This document shows positions 62,294-64,000 of a DNA stretch of 64,000 nt, one piece after another. Origin of the DNA: Candidatus Poribacteria bacterium (GTDB taxonomy: Bacteria; Poribacteria; WGA-4E; JAJDTR01); the NCBI GenBank assembly GCA_965222225.1, contig CBDCTK010000002.1:1056001-1120000 (forward strand), given 5' to 3'. Each line of letters opens with the position of its first letter. Position 1 is the stretch's first letter. Below the pieces are notes generated by a model. The model searched no databases. It saw only the letters and a list, made by a program, of their open reading frames with translations, and was not told the origin of the DNA. The translations under genes and the position numbers were made by a program.

Positions 62294-62587
62294 AGCCCCA
62301 GCGGGGATCAAACGAACGATCAACTGAGTGGATAACGAAGGCGATAGAAGATCTCATAGTGAGTGCGATAGCAATCCCATAGGTATGTAGCAGCCAACAA
62401 TGAAAACATGAAAACACTTTCTACAAATGACCAAAAATGGCTTTGCCACCGATTATTCAAACAGGTTCTTAATGACCGCAAAACACGCGAAGAAATTTTC
62501 CAAAGCTACCTATAAACCTTTCGCCCCTCTGGGGGCTTTATTACATTGCTGCTTTTGCGGCTATACACCTATCGCGCCGCTGGCGCT
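62294..62587. repeat. Cluster of REP-like units of about 27 bp, one interrupted by a 75-bp insert
   Basis: CTATAAACCTTTCGCCCCTCTGGGGGCT, CTATACACCTATCGCGCCGCTGGCGCT, and the inverted unit AGCCCCAGCGGGG[..]ATAGGTATGTAG. Confidence 0.65.
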
Positions 62588-62805
62588 TTGGCGTGTACGG
62601 ACGCGGTTACCCTATCTAGAACTCGAGTTTTCAAAAAAAGTGAAGGTTCCAGCTGCGATTTGGCGTTGGAATATCTTCGCTGGAGTGCAAGGGCGAAAAA
62701 CTGCAAGTGTCTACTATCTATCTGACGAATACAATTCATCGGAATTAGTAGCTTGTAGCTTTTAGACTGACGACAAACATAAAACTTGGTACCCTGTCGT
62801 AAATC

Positions 62806-63776
62806 TTTTCGTCACACGTAGATGTCCATAGTGACTATTCTTCTCGTAGGAGTTTGCTATGGACATTTTGAATCTTATGAAAGAGTTTCCAAATCAAGAA
62901 TCTTGTCTCAGATTTATAGAGGAAAAACGTTGGAAGGACGGTGTTTGCTGTATCCACTGTGGCAGTGAAAAAGTTGGACGCAAGAACAAAAACGACATTA
63001 CTACTGGTTGGAATTGCTACGATTGTGAATCTAGCTTTTCGGCTACAGCAGGAACCATCTTCCATGGTACCAAGATACCTCTCCAGAAATGGTTTTTGGC
63101 TATCTCAATTCTTTCCAATGCCAAGAAAAGCATATCGAGTTGTCAGCTTGCTCGTGACTTGGACATGAATCAAAAGTCCGCTTGGTATATGGCAATGCGC
63201 CTCCGTGAGAAAATGAGTGATAGTGATGAATTGCTGAAAGGGATAGTTGAAGCGGACGAAACCTATGTCGGCGGCAAACCCAGAGCAAAATCTAAGAGAG
63301 GTAGAGGCACAAATAAATCTCCCGTCATCGGCGTAGTCGAGAGAGGCGGTCGGGTGGTTGCTAAATTCATGAAGGTTCTATCTGGTGAAAATATCAGAGA
63401 ATTCATCCTTAGCAATGTCTCACCCGATGAGTCTATTCTTATGACTGATGAATTTCGCTCTTACAATAGTCTGGACGAAGATATCGAAAGACATGTTATC
63501 CATCACCAAGAGAGATATGTTTCTGAGGACGGCGTAACTCACACCAACACCATCGAGTCGTTTTGGGCTTGTGTCAAGAGGTCATTCTACGGAACGCATC
63601 ATCACTACAGCAAGAAGTGGCTGCCACTGTATATCATGGAGTCTTGCTGGAAATATAATCGCAGAAAAGATGATGAGATTTTCATAAGATTTTTTGATGA
63701 ATGCTTCACCTGAGCCACATGAATTGTTTGGCTATCGGTATATTCTGTCAACGACAACATCATGGTGTGCTGAAAA
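62806..63776 (+). mobile_element. IS1595-family insertion sequence (ends uncertain)
   Basis: Encloses the transposase; imperfect 30-bp inverted repeat (19/30) at 62806-62835 and 63747-63776; no target duplication found. Confidence 0.6.
62859..63713 (+). CDS. IS1595-family transposase
   Basis: Zn ribbon CIHC..CYDC, GTIFHGTKIPL, VEADETY, MTDE, HTNTIESFW. Confidence 0.94.
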   Translation: MDILNLMKEFPNQESCLRFIEEKRWKDGVCCIHCGSEKVGRKNKNDITTGWNCYDCESSFSATAGTIFHGTKIPLQKWFLAISILSNAKKSISSCQLARDLDMNQKSAWYMAMRLREKMSDSDELLKGIVEADETYVGGKPRAKSKRGRGTNKSPVIGVVERGGRVVAKFMKVLSGENIREFILSNVSPDESILMTDEFRSYNSLDEDIERHVIHHQERYVSEDGVTHTNTIESFWACVKRSFYGTHHHYSKKWLPLYIMESCWKYNRRKDDEIFIRFFDECFT

Positions 63777-64000
63777 TCCCATAGTGTTGGAAATTAAAAT
63801 CCCGCAGATAACCCGCAATGCTCCCGCGAGCATGTACAAACGCTTGGTCAACATGATATGCCTCCATTTCTCTCTTATAGAGATGTATTTTAGTGTGAAT
63901 CAAGATTCCGAACACTGTCTAAAATGATTGTACATTAAGAAGAGAAAAGCAAGCAAATCGACCAAAAAGCAGTTAACTACTAAGTCCCCAATTCATTGAA

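Noticed and set aside
62294-62587. Repeats considered as a CRISPR array
   Set aside because: Few degenerate copies in mixed orientation with irregular spacing, and no cas genes
63733-63855. Short minus-strand ORF MLTKRLY... with a GGAGG RBS, possibly a gene truncated by IS1595
   Set aside because: Only about 40 codons, and no convincing continuation on the other side of the IS

Overview
Bacterial chromosomal window. The gene repertoire (scattered microcompartment genes, PhyH dioxygenases, a secreted TPR protein, ECF sigma factors fused to C-terminal domains, PQQ/BNR propellers) resembles Candidatus Poribacteria; this taxonomic call is inference. 1-32 kb is mostly core metabolism and envelope: an eutN-led cluster with a two-component system, murJ, thiDE, a TRAP permease, birA, rbsK and gltBD. 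32.3-43.8 kb is an unexplained envelope locus: two ExbD genes, an ExbB with a fused periplasmic beta-sandwich domain, a 1113-aa lipoprotein with Ca-binding loops and a beta-barrel-type C-terminus, a kinase-dead Wzc-like protein, and a secreted Tyr/Arg/Ser-rich protein, with no TonB gene. Next come BMC-H, pduL, an IS5, a MITE, glcB and coaD. 56-64 kb is a decaying island of modular ECF-sigma fusion genes carrying IS701 and IS1595 elements and nested repeats. Candidate structured RNA leaders lie upstream of the DUF2203 gene and gltB. No rRNA, tRNA or CRISPR array was recognised.
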